64,000 nucleotides of DNA from NCBI GenBank assembly GCA_039621445.1, contig CP154954.1, positions 11,009,229-11,073,228 of the forward strand, in the 5' to 3' direction. Below, one piece after another: positions 26,884-41,100 of the stretch (position 1 is the first letter of the stretch; each line of letters begins with the position of its first letter). The position numbers were made by a program, and so were the translations under genes. The notes under the pieces were generated by a model. The model saw only the letters and a list, made by a program, of their open reading frames with translations, was not told the origin of the DNA and did no database searches. Source of the stretch: Euglena gracilis (Eukaryota).

Positions 26884-29800
26884 CTACTCCAAGTCCGATT
26901 CAGCACTTCGGCTGTCTCTCGTTTTCTTGTGTTAGTAGATAGCGCGCAATGCGCGGACCGCATTGCGGTCGTCCTCCAACGAGGATTCGGAGTTCTCATC
27001 CCCCTCCCTGCCCGAAGCCGGGGTTCCCTCCTCTAAAGAGAAGATTTTGAACCCGATTTTGTGTTTGTTGTTGTGTTTTGTATCATTGTGGTGACGTTGG
27101 TTCGGGCGGGGAGAGCGATAACGGTAACATTTTGGAGAAGTGGTGCTTGTGTGATCCACAAAGGGAACACTTTTGTCATTTTTGTGACTTTTTTCGGTTT
27201 TGTGATGGGCTTTCACCCCTTGGAGGTCTTGGTGAACGGAATCCCGTTCGAGAAACGGTTGTTGTAACCCAGTTTCCCGGTTGACGATCGCGAAGAAGAT
27301 GATTTTGTATCACGTTTGTAAGGGGGTCGGGGTGATCGACCACAAGGTGCGTGATCGCGTCCGCGGTGTCGGAACGGTGATCAGGACCTTTGTCGATAAC
27401 CCGAAGATTGTGATTGTCCCGTTTTGTGCAAGTATCCAGAGGAGCGCGAACTCCGCGAGGATTATGAACCATTTGGACTCTGATGCCGCTTTCGCGGATA
27501 AGGGTGGGGGCAGTCACGGGACGTATGCCCTGATGTGTTGCACAAAAAGCAAGTTTTGTCAGAAGATTGGTCAGATGAGCGCGGATAGCGCGTTTTTGTA
27601 TCTCCCCTTAGGGAGTTTGTATGTTTACGGTATCCCGGTGGGGATTTTGGAGAAGAACTCTTTTGTATGGCACTTACCGTACCGCTAGGGAGGCCAGCGG
27701 TAGGGTGGTGGGTGTAAGCCGATTGTATCTGTCCCAAAAGTTGCGAGAGTTTCATTTGTTTGGAAACTTTATTCCATCGTTGTTCAAGTGTGAGTTTGTT
27801 GTCCGCCAGTTCCTCGCGGTGGATGTCCTTGATAATTGTAGGAATGAAATGGAGGAGAACCGCATCGAATTGTTCTTTCATTTTGTTCAGTCAAAAGTTC
27901 ATCAATCTCAGAAGCCAATCTCAACCATTTGGAATACCAAAGGTCGATTGACTTCCATTTTCGGTCAGTTGGTGCGAATTGCCGCCAATTTTTCTCCGGC
28001 GTAATTCGCGAAATTAGGCTTGAACAGGTTGACGCATATTGGTGAACCAGTTCATCAAAAGTAATAAGTTTCCGGATCACAAGTTGTCGGGCGCGATATT
28101 TCCTTACCTTGGGAAGGCAATCAATGAATTCCATCTTGATTACCTCTGGGTTCCCGTCTTGGGTTGGACCCTTCAAATCCCAGTAGTATGTCCAGTCGCG
28201 CCAAAAGTGTTTCCAAGTTGTGGGATCTCCGTCCCATTGTGGCTTTATCTTGTTGGCAAGTGTAATTGTACCTCTGAAATCGCGTTGTGGACCGCGATTT
28301 CCATCGTAATTCTTATTGTAGGGTTGTTGTGATGGCATGCGCCCATGCGCATACAGGATACTCATGGTAGCACAGGTACCATGGGTATTTGGTACATCGC
28401 AGTTCCGTGAATTATATGGTTGTGTTTCGCGATTCCGTGATTCGGATTGTAAAGGGTCGCGATTCCGCGATTCGGGGTGTGGTAACATACCAGGGGGGTA
28501 GGAATCCCGTTGTTCACCCGCAAATCAGGGAACCGCGGTAAATCACGCGTTTCGCAATCACAATTCATGGCCATTCCCCGGGGTAGGGGTATACATACCG
28601 CGAATCAGTCCCGATTCGCTTCTTGTAAAACCGGAGGGTTTGCGGTTTTTGTGGTAAAAACCGGTTCCTCATCCGAAGATTCACCCTTAGGGGGGGAATC
28701 TTAAGTTGTGGTATAAACGAGCGATTGTAACCGCGATTGTAGGCATGTTAATGATCATGTGCATCCGTGGATGCTTGTACGTCATGCACATCGTAAAATG
28801 CTTGTAGGGGTGCGCATACTGCGCATTTGGAAGGATTGGCATCCAAAGAATCACGAATTTGATGCACAAAGTAGCGAATTGGATGTTAGGCACCCGAAGA
28901 TGCCTCGGTTTGTGCGCGAATAGTGCGTTGTGAGCTGGAAGTTGCATTTTGACCACCGAAAACACAGTTTTCAGGGCAAAGTGCGGGGGGTTGCAGGATT
29001 TTGCATGAATCTCATCCAAACGCAATGCAAAATCTTGGATAATTTGTTCCAATGAACCAACCACTTGGAAAAGGTCCGAAATTCGTTCAACATCACACCG
29101 CGAACGCTTAATACGTTTGCGGTATGAGGGTAACTCATCCAAAAGTGTTAGTTTGTCAACAATGGAGTGAAAATCCGCGGAAAGCTTTGGAACAGTGGTG
29201 TCCAGGAATTGGACCTGCTTAACCAAAGTTTCCATTGCGGTTGCAAGGGCGTATAACCGATTCTCGATTTGTGAGGTTTGGGCACCCAACGTGGGTTGGG
29301 GTACCCCTACCGCATTTTCAGTTTTTTTGTCAACCGTCATTGTAGAAAGTTGGTTCTCCAACACCGAAATTTGTTGTTTTAGTGTGACAACTTTTTGGGT
29401 GACCGAATTTTCGGTCCTCATCAAGGTTTCACAAAATTCTTGTGATTTTTCTTCATTTTTCGCAAATATTTGATCGTAAAATGTGCGAATATCAAGGGGT
29501 AGTTCGCCTTCGCGAACCGGTTGCCCATCCGAAGATGGTTGGAGTCCGGAGACGCTTGTAGAAAGTGCTTGTACACGTTTTTGTAAATGGGAAGTGGTGG
29601 ATTGTAGGGTTTTGTGTTGGGTATTCAAATCCGCAAGCGCGGTTTCAATGCCGGTGATATCCGGAATTGATCTCTGAATACCGTTGCACCGTTTGTGCAA
29701 ACCTGCAAACGCGGATTCGATTTTGTTCACGTCCGCTTGTAACTGATTGTGCAAATCGGTTACACTGGATCGTAATGCTCCCATACTGGGGTATTTGGTG

Positions 29801-31143
29801 GAAGGTTCCGCAAATCGGCGTTGTAAGTCCCCAATTGCAGTTTGTAGTCCCGAAACATCCGCAAAAGCAGTTTACAGGTCTGCAAACGGGATTTGGAGGT
29901 CCGCATTCGCGGTTTGGATTGTAGTTATGACCGTTTCTCGGTCTTGGAGTTCCGCATTCGCGGTTTGTAAGCTAAGGATCACCACATCGCGGGAGTGGAG
30001 TTCTGCCATAGCGGTTTGTAGCGCATTAGAAGCAGTTTCAAGTTTGTGTATGTCGTTTTGCCACTGTTCATGGGGGAAATCTTGCCGATGCACGATTTCC
30101 GCCACTTGAGTGTGCAATGTGGTCAAAGTGTTGGAAACTTCACCGCATTTGCAGGAAGTTTGTTCCAAACGAGCAATCCGCTCTTCCAGCTGTGGAGCAA
30201 AAGCCCTTTGTACATAGTTTTCGCGAATTTGAGTAAAATTTTGACGAAAACTCGCGTTTTCATCACCCAAACGCAAAATGCGTTCTTGGGATTGTTGTAC
30301 GACATTGGACAAAGTTGAAAAGTGCTCATATGAGACATATGAGCCAAGTTCTGCACTCGTAGGCGCTTTATCCCGTTGTTGTAACCGGGACGGCATTTCT
30401 TGCATTGTATAAGAAACATTTTCCAGTTGTGTAAACAGTTGTTGTAGATTCTGTTGTAAATGTGAAAATTTTGCGTTATTCCGCGATTCCGCGGTGCGGA
30501 GGGTCTCTTGTACTTGTTTGAAGTTTTGTACCAAGGTGTTGCGCAAAAATACGTCAAAACCTTGGTGGAGGTTCTGAAGGTCCATTGTAGTGGAGTTAAA
30601 GTTCTTTCGGAAAAAATGTCCAAATTCTTGGATATGTTGCCAAAGGACGTCCAGCTTGCCGAAAACGGCCTTGTGACTGTCTTCATCAAATTGTTGGACT
30701 TTTTTTTAGATTTTTAGCGCAATTTTGGACACATGCTTCGATGTGTCCTAATTGCTGTTGTAGTGGCTGGTTCTCCGGTAAATTTGCGACTACGCGCTCA
30801 ACGGTATTACTGGAGAACGAATCCCGGTCATCCTCGGGATCATTGTCCATAGGAACAATGTCACCGGCAGTGTCCGAGACCACCAACCACATTTCAGCGG
30901 ACCAAGGTAGTTCTGTTATTTCTCTCAATTGTGGAGGGGGTGGGCAAGTCCCGAGTGGGGCTAACCGGTGGTAGGGCTGGGGGGGGTTGGAAAAAAACAA
31001 GGTGTTTCCAACCCGTTCTCGTAAGGGGGGGGGGCCTCTATTGGCAATTGGGTGCCTAAAGGCACTAATTGCCAGTCTCGTTCGGGCATTCTGCCCACTT
31101 GTGAGTCAGACTCCGCAGAAGCGGAGGGGGTCCGTAGACCCAC
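26884..31143 (-). pseudogene. gag: gag of element A (long coiled coil, core, CCHC knuckle)
   Basis: Coiled-coil ORFs 29872-30585 and 28687-29784; IKPQWDGDPTTWKHFWRDW; CFLCNTSGHTSRDC. Confidence 0.85.
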
Positions 31144-31194
31144 TGTAGGGTTGTGTTGTACCGCAAACGCGGCTGTTTTAACGGTGGGTCCGTA

Positions 31195-33812
31195 ACCCCC
31201 CCACCCGCCCTACCACCCGTAAGCCCCATTCGGGACTTGCCCCCTCTCCACAACTGGGAGAAATACCAGAACTACCTTGGTCTGCTGAAATGCGGTTGGT
31301 GGTCCTAGACACTGCCGGTGTCATTGTTCCCACGGACAATGACCCCGAGGAAGACCGGGATTCGTTCTCCAGTAATACCGTTGAGCGCGTAGTGGCAAAT
31401 TTACCGGAGAACCACCCAGTACAACAGCAATTTCGACACATCGAAGCATGTGTCCAAAACTTGCGCTAAAACACTGAACCAAGTCCTACAATTTGATGAA
31501 GACAGTCACAAGGCCGTTTTCGGCAAGCTGGACTTCCTTTGGCAATATATCCAAGAACATGGACAATTTTGTCAAAATAATTTTAACTCCACTACAACAG
31601 ACCTTCAGAACCTCCACCAAGGTTTTGATGCATTTTTGCGCAACACCTTGGTACAAAACTTCCAACAGGTACAAGGGACACTCCACACCGCGGAATCGCG
31701 GAATAACACAAAATTTTCACATTTACAACAAAATCTACAACAACTGTTTACACAACTGGAAAATTTTTCTTATACAATGCAAGAAATGCAGTCCCGGTTA
31801 CAACAACAGGATAAAGCGCTAACGAGTGCGGAACGTGGCTCATATGTCTCTTTTCAACTTTTCAACTTTGTCCAATGTGGTACAACAATCCCAAGAACGC
31901 GTTTTGTGTTTGGGTGATGAAAACACGAGTTTTCGTCAACATTTTGCACAAATACGCGAAAACTATGTACAAAGAGCTTTTGCTCCACAACTGGAAGAGC
32001 AGATTGCTCGTTTGGAACAAACTTCCTGCAAATGCGGTGAGGTTTCCAACACTTTGAGCACATTGCACACTCAAGTGGCGGAAATCGTGCATCGGCAAGA
32101 TTTCACCATGAAAAGTTGCAAAACGACATACAAAAACTTGAAACCGCTTCCAATGCGCTACAAACCGCTATGGCAGAACTCCACTCCCGCGATGCGGTGA
32201 TCCTTAGCTTACAAACCGCGAATGCGGAACTCCAAGACCGAGAAACGGTCATAACTACCATCCTAACCGCGAATGCGGACCTCCAAATAGCGTTTGCAGA
32301 CCTGAAAACTGCTTTTGCGGATGTTTCGGGACTACAAACTGCAATTGGGGACTTACAACGCCGATTTGCGGAACCTTCCACCAAATACCCCAGTATGGGA
32401 GCATTACGATCCACTGTAACCGATTTGCACAATCAGTTACAAGCGGACGTGAACAAAATCGAATCCGCGTTTGCAGGTTTGCACAAACGGTGCAACGGTA
32501 TTCAGAGATCAATTCCGGATATCACCGGCATTGAAACCGCGCTTGCGGATTTGAATACCCAACACAAAACCCTACAATCCACCACTTCCCATTTACAAAA
32601 ACGCGTACAAGCACTTTCTACAAGGGTCTCCGGACTCCAACCATCTTCGGATGGGCAACCGAAGTCGAACTACCCCTTGATTTTCGCACATTTTACGATC
32701 AAATGTTTGCCAAAAATGAAGAAAACACACAGGAACTTTGTGAAACCTTGATGAGGACCGAAAAATGCGTCACCCAAAAAGTTGTCACACTAAAACAACA
32801 AATTTCGGTGTGGGAGAACCGACTTTCTACAATGACGGATGACAAAAAAAATTGAAAATGCGGTAGGGGTACCCCAACCCACGTTGGGTGCCCAAACCCA
32901 ACAAACCGAGAATCGGTTGGACGCCCTTGCAACCGCAATGGAAACTTTGGTTAAGCGGGTCCAATTCCTGGACACCACTGTTCCAAAGCTTTCAGCGGAT
33001 TTTGACTCCATTGTTGACAAACTAACACTTTTGGATGAGTTACCCTCATACCGCAAACGAATTAAGCGTTTGCAGTGTGATGGTGAACGAATTTCAGACC
33101 TTTTCCAAGTACTCGGTTCATTGGAACAGAGTATCCGAGATTTTGCATTGAGTTTGGATGAGATTCACGCAAAATCGTGCACCCCCCCCCCGCACTTTGC
33201 CCCTCAAAACCGTGTTTTCGGTGGTCAAAATGCAACTTCCAGCTCACAACGCGCTTTTCGCACACCAACCGAAGCATCTTCGGATGCCCGCCATCCAACT
33301 CGCATTTTTGTGCATCAAATTCGCGATTCGTTGGATGCCAATCCTTCCAAAAGCGCAGTACGCGCACCCCTACAAGCATCTTCGGATCCGCATGTGCTAC
33401 AAGCATCCACGGATGCACATGATCATGAACATGCCTAAAATCGCGATTACAATCGCCCGTTTATACCACAACTTAAGATTCCCCCCCTACGGGTGAATCC
33501 TTGGACGAGGAACCGGTTTTTACTACAAAAACCGCAAATCCTCAGGTTTTACAACAAGAAATTTGCGAATCGGGACTGATTCGCGGTATGAGCCATACCC
33601 CTACCCCGGGGATTGGCCATGAAGCGCTAATGCGAATCACGGAATTTACCGCGATTCCTCGATTTGCGGGTGAACAACGGGATTCCTACTCCCCTGGTAT
33701 GTTACCACACCCCGAATCGCGGAATCACGACCCTTTACAATCCGAATAGCGGAATCGCGAAACACAACCATATAATTCGAGAAACTGCGATGTACCAAAT
33801 ACCCATGGTACC
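31195..33812 (+). pseudogene. gag: Inverted copy of the 5' half of A-type gag
   Basis: Near-identical reverse complement of ~28368-30990 (e.g. LETASNALQTAMAELHSRD, GIETALADLNTQHK). Confidence 0.9.
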
Positions 33813-36800
33813 TGTCGAGGCGCGGTATTTTCCCTGCCCCTTTGACGGAGGTTTCGGCTGTGAGGTTTTCCCATAGCCGGGTGATACGACGTGCGTGAAT
33901 CCTTGTCCCGAGGTTGATCCCCGAGAAGAGGATGCAGCACTCTGGCCGCCAGCACCACTACCGCCTTTCGGTGGGGGCTGATCACCAGATTTCGGTGTGG
34001 GCTTGCAAGGGGCGGGGCCCGGCTTTTTTTTTGCCGGGACCTTCGGACTTCGGGTTTCCGGAGTATCCGAGGGCCGCCGTTCGCCGTCGCGCTTGCTTGT
34101 CCAGGTGCGTGGTAACGCCTGGGACGGGGGTTTTTTCCCCGAAGCCGAACGTCGTTGACCTTCAGCAGGGGTTTCCCGAGCTGAGGGTCTTCCTGCACGT
34201 TCCTCCGCGGCACCCGTGGCTTTCCCAGGGGTAGCCGTGGGGGACAGTATGGGTGCAGGCTTGGCCGGCGCACTTCGCTCTGGTTGAGCCTGTTGCGGGG
34301 GCATGGACGTCCGCTCGGCCTGTTTTTCAGGCGCCGGTGTCCGTGCGCCTTGATGCTTTGGTGCAGTGGCTGTGGACGTGCGCTGAGGCGCGGGTTCATC
34401 CCGTGCCTCGGATGGCGCTACAGGTGTTGATACAGGTTCATCCTGTACCGGCCTGGTGGGTGTTGTTTCCACTACCATTGCTGTCTGTTCGTCTTCCGTC
34501 CGTGTCGCTTCCGACACTGGCGGTGGCGCCGCCGTTGGGGGAGGTTCATCCTCCACCATGGCTGTAGTGCTAGGTTTTTCTTCCATCTGCTGGGCAGTTT
34601 CCGCCGCAGCTGTGGAAGAGCTCGTCGCAGTGCCACGTGGAGTGACAACTGCGATCAGTGACCGCAAACCACCGAGCACGCGTCCGCCGAGCGAGGTGCG
34701 CCGTTCAGGTCCTTCACCTGAAGTGGGCTCCTCCGCTGGCTCCTCTGTCGACGGGGTTTTCCCGGAAACAGGGAGTTTGAGACGTAATACCTCAGGCGTG
34801 TAGGATACCGTCTCCGGCGGGTTTTCCCGCGGACGGGTCGGTACCCCTGTCGTACTCAGTGAGGTGGGTGACGTTGGAACAGGTGTCATTTCACCTGCCG
34901 GCGATCCTGGGCGCTGGGCAGTTTCTGCCACAGTGTCCAGCATCACGACAGATGGGCTACGGGTTTCCCGTGCCGGAGGTTCCGCTGGCTGAGGTTCATC
35001 CTCGGCCATTGGGGCCGTCTCCTCCTCCTCATCCGCTTCCGGAGGGGATTCCTCTGTGTGTAGTTGTGCTGCAGTACGCGGGTCTTTTCCGCTCCTGTAG
35101 CACCCTTGTGCGTCTGACAGGCGGTAAAAGCTTATACTTTCACTCCTATCAGAGTTGGGATATGGGGGCGGCCACGACGCTCTCACCCAGCTTCCGGGTG
35201 GAAGTTGCGGCTCGTCGTCGTCGATCAGGCAGAGGTCTTCCCACTGCTGTTGATGCATCCTGTATTCTCCTGTGTCTTCCAGGAAAGCGGGCAGCGGCAA
35301 CGCATAACGAGGTTCTTTCCCCTCGTGTGCCGCGAAAAACCTCTGGAAATCTTCCCAGATCAGGATCTTCCCGAACTGGGTGTCCAGGTGCTCCTGGAGG
35401 CCGATTTCAGCCTCTTCCCAGTCCGGTCGCAAGTTCATCCTGCGTTGGTCTGGATCATTGGGTCTGACGTCCAACTCGGAGTATCTCCGAGGTAACCGCC
35501 TTCTGTGGATATTCACATCAGCGGTCATGTATTCCAGGAAATATATGTAGGCCTCCAGGACGTAGGTAATCCACGCCCTATGCCAGTATTGTTGTAGCAG
35601 AAATATTTTCTGCCGGTGCTGTTTCAGCACCTTTCGGTCTTGCGTTCCGATATTGGGATTCCGGCACTGATGCAGGAGGAATCTACTGGTCGGCTGGCTG
35701 CCGGCGTTCTCAGCAGTCGGAGGCGGTTTTCCGCGTTCTCCGAAACCCCAGAAGTCAACAATGTGAACTTCTTTGCAAAACTGGCATTCCAGTTTGTACC
35801 GCTGGGGGTACGCGAGGTCGACGTCCAGGACCTTGAACAGCGTGCCATACATGCTGTCCAAGTATAACTGCAGATTGCAGGTGAACATTACCGCGGCCTG
35901 CGCCTGGAGTTTCTCCGGCAGGGGGTAATACTTCCACTGTATTCCCAGTGCTCCAGCGGAATACAGGTGCGTGAGGATTTCCTTCAGCTGTGCGACGAAT
36001 GTTCGTCGTCTTCACAAGTATTCATACAATCGATATACGTCAGACCGTTTCGGTCGGTAAAAATGCCGAAATTAGGGCAGGGGTATCCCAACCAGAACCA
36101 CAGCTCCCAGAAACCGGGCATCCGGTCCAGGACAACTTCACTCGAATGAGGGTATCCCTCAAAAGCGTGAAGTTCGGAACTGTAGAAAAAACGTTTGCAG
36201 TGATCGCTCATACGATTCTGCACCACTTCGAGCGCCGCATACGGTGGTCGTTGGATCACGTTGCCTGCTTTCGTGAACTTTTGGAGATCTTCGGCGATTT
36301 TCGGCCAGATCTCCTCAAGGTACTTGAAGACCGAGGCAACGTCATTGTCCTTCGTTTTCGAAGGATCGGCGGCTTTTCCGCCTTTTCCTGCTGGGGGTCC
36401 GGCAGATTTCCGCCTTTGCCTGGAGATGGCCAAGCGGCTTTTCCACCTTTGCCAGGTGGGGCTTTTCCACCTTTCTCCTGGCCTTTTCCCTTTCCCTTAC
36501 CATTGCCTTTACCTTTACCCTTACCCTTTGTGTTAGACAGCCATTCGAATGTTGCCCAGTAATCCCAGTATTCTGGGTCTTCTGGTGTAAACACAGGGTA
36601 AGTCACGGTTTCTGTGCTGGGCGTTCGAGCAAATTCCTGCTCAGCGTCACCACGGTTCGAGTAAACCGGCGCGACCGGGGGTGGTCGGGTTTCCCGACGT
36701 GCTCGTTCTGCCGTCACGTCTGGCGCTGGCGGAGCTTCCTCCTCAGCGTCGACGTGCATCGCCGCAGGCGGATTTTCTGACCTCTGCGAGCGGCGCTGTG

Positions 36801-38007
36801 GCTGCGGCGTCGGATTTTCCGGGCCGCGGTCATGCTTGCCGGCGGCAGAGCTCGTGGGTCGTGCTGATGTCGCTTCCGCCACAGCAACGTCCTGCTGTCG
36901 TGCTGGTTGACTTGATCGTGATGGAGCTGGGACTCCTGTGAGAGCCGACACTACAGCATCATACTGCTGGCGCTCTTCTCTCGTCATTTCCGCCCGGGCA
37001 GGTTATCCCTGGCCAGCGGAAACAGGGAGGCGACGTGCGATTTGTCGTTGGATCGTCACAGCATATTCCTACTGTTGACGCTCCTCCTCGGACTCGAACG
37101 GCCGGCCAGTCCACGGGTTAACGGGTTCAAACCGAACCGGAGGGACTGGCACCGCACGACGCGCTGCCGCGGCTTCCCGCGGACGAGCGCTTCGGGCGGT
37201 GTCAGACGTCGGGGGAGGGTTTCCCCCCACAGGACGTCGTGGCACAGGGTAAGGTATGGTTGGGTGGGGTTGAGGTGGATACACGTACTGATCCCGGGGC
37301 ATTGGTGCCTCCTGGGGGTAATCCCCAGGGACGGCGTACTGAGGTACATGCTCCTGCGCAGGGTAATCCCGCCGGGGCATGAGCTCAGGGGATCGAAAAA
37401 TACTTTCTTTCACGCGTGGGTGTTCACTCCGGACAGGTGCTTCCACTGTCCTTTCCTCGGGTAATCCGTGGGAGTGAGCGCGAAAGTGTGCGGTGTAAGT
37501 GCCAACTGGTGGTACCTGCCGTGCTACATGTGGCGGGACTTCCACGCCCAGGTCACGCATGGTAATGTTTGCCGCGAATCCTGACGTGTCCGGGTCGGTG
37601 TAATACACCAAACCGGCCATCGTCGCCTGGGCGCACATACACCACAGGGATGGAGGGGTATTCGCTATGGTCAAAATTTTACGGCAGTGATCATCCCACA
37701 ATGCCTGGGTGAGGTGGTCTGGTGCTGGGTTTGCGCTCATACGCATAACCAGGTTCATCGTCTCCGCCGTGCGGTGGATCATCACACCCGCATACGGTGG
37801 GAGGCGACGAGAGCCTGATGGCTGAGATGGCCGCGCTTCCGCGGACATCGGCGTCATCCTGCTACTGCTGCTTGCTTCAGGGTTTCCCTGAGCCGCAGTC
37901 CGTGCAGGTGGCTGCGTACCGTATCGGTACGCATACTGGTCAGTTTGATGGTGAGTGGTGGGGTGGTAAGGCGGTCCTCCGCCTGACTCCCTTCCACCGG
38001 GCAGCAT
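33813..38007 (-). pseudogene. ORF3 of element B (domains 1-2, truncated before domain 3)
   Basis: ORFs 37069-38007, 36256-36987, 35984-36433, 33735-35888. Confidence 0.85.
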
Positions 38008-38169
38008 GATACCGCCCGGGGTCGGTACGGTAGGATGTTTGGGTTGTTGGTTGTAAGGTGTGTAAGGGTAACCGCTTGAGTATTATTTGCTAAAAAGTCT
38101 GCGGAAAGAAAGAATGATAAGAATCAATGATAAAAAGAAGATAAAACAACATGGGTTTCCCATGCGGTC

Positions 38170-41100
38170 TCAAAAACTTGTCACGGAAACATCAATGTTA
38201 TGCTTCTTGTTCCACAGCTTCCAATCTTGCTGGACATACCCAACAAAACTGGTCGTTGGCTCCCAAGTGTCCTCCTCGGGCCCATACCCTTTCCAGCGGA
38301 CCTTCCAAAGGTGCATACCTTTGTCGATTTTGTTATTGATAATTATATCGACTACAAAGTCGTCCGTCTCAGGTAATCTGGAACGGGGCTTGAAGTGCAG
38401 GCACGGGATAGGTTTCCAATCCGGTGGCGACAGGTATGGCCTGAAGTCGTCCATATGAACGCCCTTAACACCATTCGGTAATGCGACCTTGTAACGCCTG
38501 CTGGTACCTAGTCTTTCTAGGATTTCACAGGGGCCGAGCCAGAGGAGGTCCAGCTTGGAAGACTGCATGCGAGTGCGGCTATTCCGCACCCACACGCGGT
38601 CACCGGGACCATACACAGGTGACTTGAAATTCTGCAAAAACGATTTCCGTTTGGTTGCATGAATATCAGTCACGCACTTCTGGACTGCAGAACGTAGATT
38701 TTCTACTTCCGCAAACCAGGTCTCGCAACTGACACTCGTTCGGGCGGGTCTCTCCGAAGGGACATCCCCTATGGCCGGAGGGTCCCGTCCGAAAACTAAT
38801 TTATAGGGGGAGTGAGGCAAAATCAACCCTGGTAAGGTATTGATATAAAACAAAGAACATGGTGGCACTGATATCCAGTTGCTGCACGAGTCAGCCAGTG
38901 AAAGGCGAAGCATATTCACGACGGATTTCACGGCTGCCTCGGCTCTACCATTGCCTTTGGGTCGGTATACAATGGAAAAATGTTGCTCAATTCCGAGTAA
39001 ACCGCACAAAGTGGTGAAAAACCTTGAAGAAATCAAATGGTCTTGATCACTCACGATTTCATTCAGTAAACCCATTAAGCAAATACATTTCTCCTAAAAT
39101 ATAACTGCCAAATTTTGAGCAGTCAACCCTGACTTCTGGCATGGAATGGCTACAATGTACCCACTCAGCCTGCAGACGACAACAAAAACGTAATCGTAAT
39201 TTTTTTCGTCCGTTCCTTTGCACAGTTCTATTTCCGGAAAATCCATGCAGAGGGATGTAAAAATATCAGGGGGTACGGGGAAAAAATCATTCGTACCAGG
39301 GGGGGTACCTCTGCGGGGTTTTACCGCTTGACAAATTTGACACCGTTGCGCTACTCGCAAACAGCGTGAGTAAAGCTCTTTCTCGCGCAGGGTTGTGCAA
39401 TACCTGCGGCCCACCAACGAAAGAAGTTTGGGGGCCCAAGGGTGCCCGTGGTTGTGATAGCACAAAATCACGTCATCAACCAGGTCCTGGGGGATACAAT
39501 ATTTGTAACCCGATTCATTGTGAAAAACCAACCGTAAATGTGAAAGAGTGTAATTCTCCAGCACTTCGCCACTACGAAGTCTGGTGACTATGGTGTCATA
39601 CACAGTATCACGACTATAATCCCATTCGCGAAAGAACAGTGGGGAAGGGGACTCTGTGCGTGTAATACGCCGGGGTCCGGACGTGCTTCCACGTCGGCGC
39701 CTCCCGCGCACTGGTGCGACCAGGAGTAGTTGTGCATCCAACCCGGCACCCTTGGGCCCCCAAACGATTATTCCGCAGCGTCGTTTCGACGTGCGTATTC
39801 GTCAGCTTCCTGACTTCCATGAAAAGTCGCGCGTCCCTCATCCGGGTTCCCAGGGTAATACCAAGGGGCCCGACTGAGCGGATCCGCTACTTTTTGTGTG
39901 TGACCAGGGGTATAAATAACTACAAGGTTGAATTGACTCAAGAACTCATGCCATCTGCATCGCCTTCCGACCGATGACATGGCCTTGTTCAAATCCTCGG
40001 TGTACCAGTGTTGGGGATTCTCATGGTCGGTCTTGACGAGGATCTGGACGAGGCTGCTGGGAACCCAGCTTCGGAATTTCTGGAGTATAAGCACGATTGC
40101 GTAGGTTTCCTTCTCTCGTATACTCCACTTGACTTGATCTTTAACGTCGTCGCCCTGTAGCTTTCTGCTGAAGAAAGCCACAGGCCAGAGTTCATTCGCC
40201 GCGTTTTGCTGGCTAAGAACTCCGCCAACAGCGTAATCGCTGCTGTCGAGTTCCAGGACATATGGTTTGCATGGGTCCGCGATTTCGAGGACAACATTCT
40301 CCAAAAGCAAAACCTTTATTTTCTCAAGGGCCTCGCGCATTTGATCATCCCAAATGACTTTGGTGTTGTGATCAGCCCGGTTTTTGAGCTGTTTGGTGAG
40401 GGGCACCGCGATTTTCGCGAAGTCCTTCATATATCGCGTAATATTAAGCTAATCCCAAAAATCCTTTGATGTGTGTAATCGTTTTGATTACCTCAGGGGT
40501 CCATTTCGTGATGGCTTCGAGTTTACTCTGAGCGGCTTTCCGCTGTCCATTGCTGAGAATGTGACCGCAAAATTTTATAAGTATCCGAAACAAATACATT
40601 TTCGCGCCTTTCGCGAAAAGCACATGTTTTTGAAAAGCAGTTAATACCGCGCAAACATGGTGGAAGTGTGTGACGAGAACGAGAATATCTTCGCTCGATT
40701 TTGCGGATGGTGGCGGTGTTCCCACCAGCACATCATCAATATACACAATAGCAAACGGTAAATCGCGTATAACCCATTGTATCATGCGTTGAAACATGGC
40801 TGGGCAACTCTTAACACCCATGGGGAGCACCGTCCATTGGTACACACCCTTGGATGTCACGAATGCCGTGTATGGTTAGGAGTCATGGTGCAACTGCATT
40901 TGGTGAAAACCGTCCTCCAGATCAAAAATTGACCACAACCGGTTTTCCGATTGTTTGGTGATCAAATCCTCGATCAGGGGGAGCGGGAAGGGATCATCCC
41001 TTGTTTGGGAGTTCAGGTACCGGTAATCCAGCACCAGTCTCCATTTCATCTGACCTGAGGGGTCTGGGGGTTTAGGAACAACAAAAGCCTGGGATGTCCA

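Larger units (their letters stand above)
14393..31190 (-). mobile_element. Element A: Ty3/Gypsy chromodomain LTR retrotransposon with MTase-like domain and ORF3; 5' LTR missing
   Basis: gag-PR-MT-RT-RH-IN-chromodomain order, then ORF3, PPT and LTR; many stops and frameshifts. Confidence 0.9.

Noticed and set aside
28687-32751. Coiled-coil ORFs as host SMC/myosin-like genes
   Set aside because: They are collinear with the gag core and zinc knuckles in every element copy
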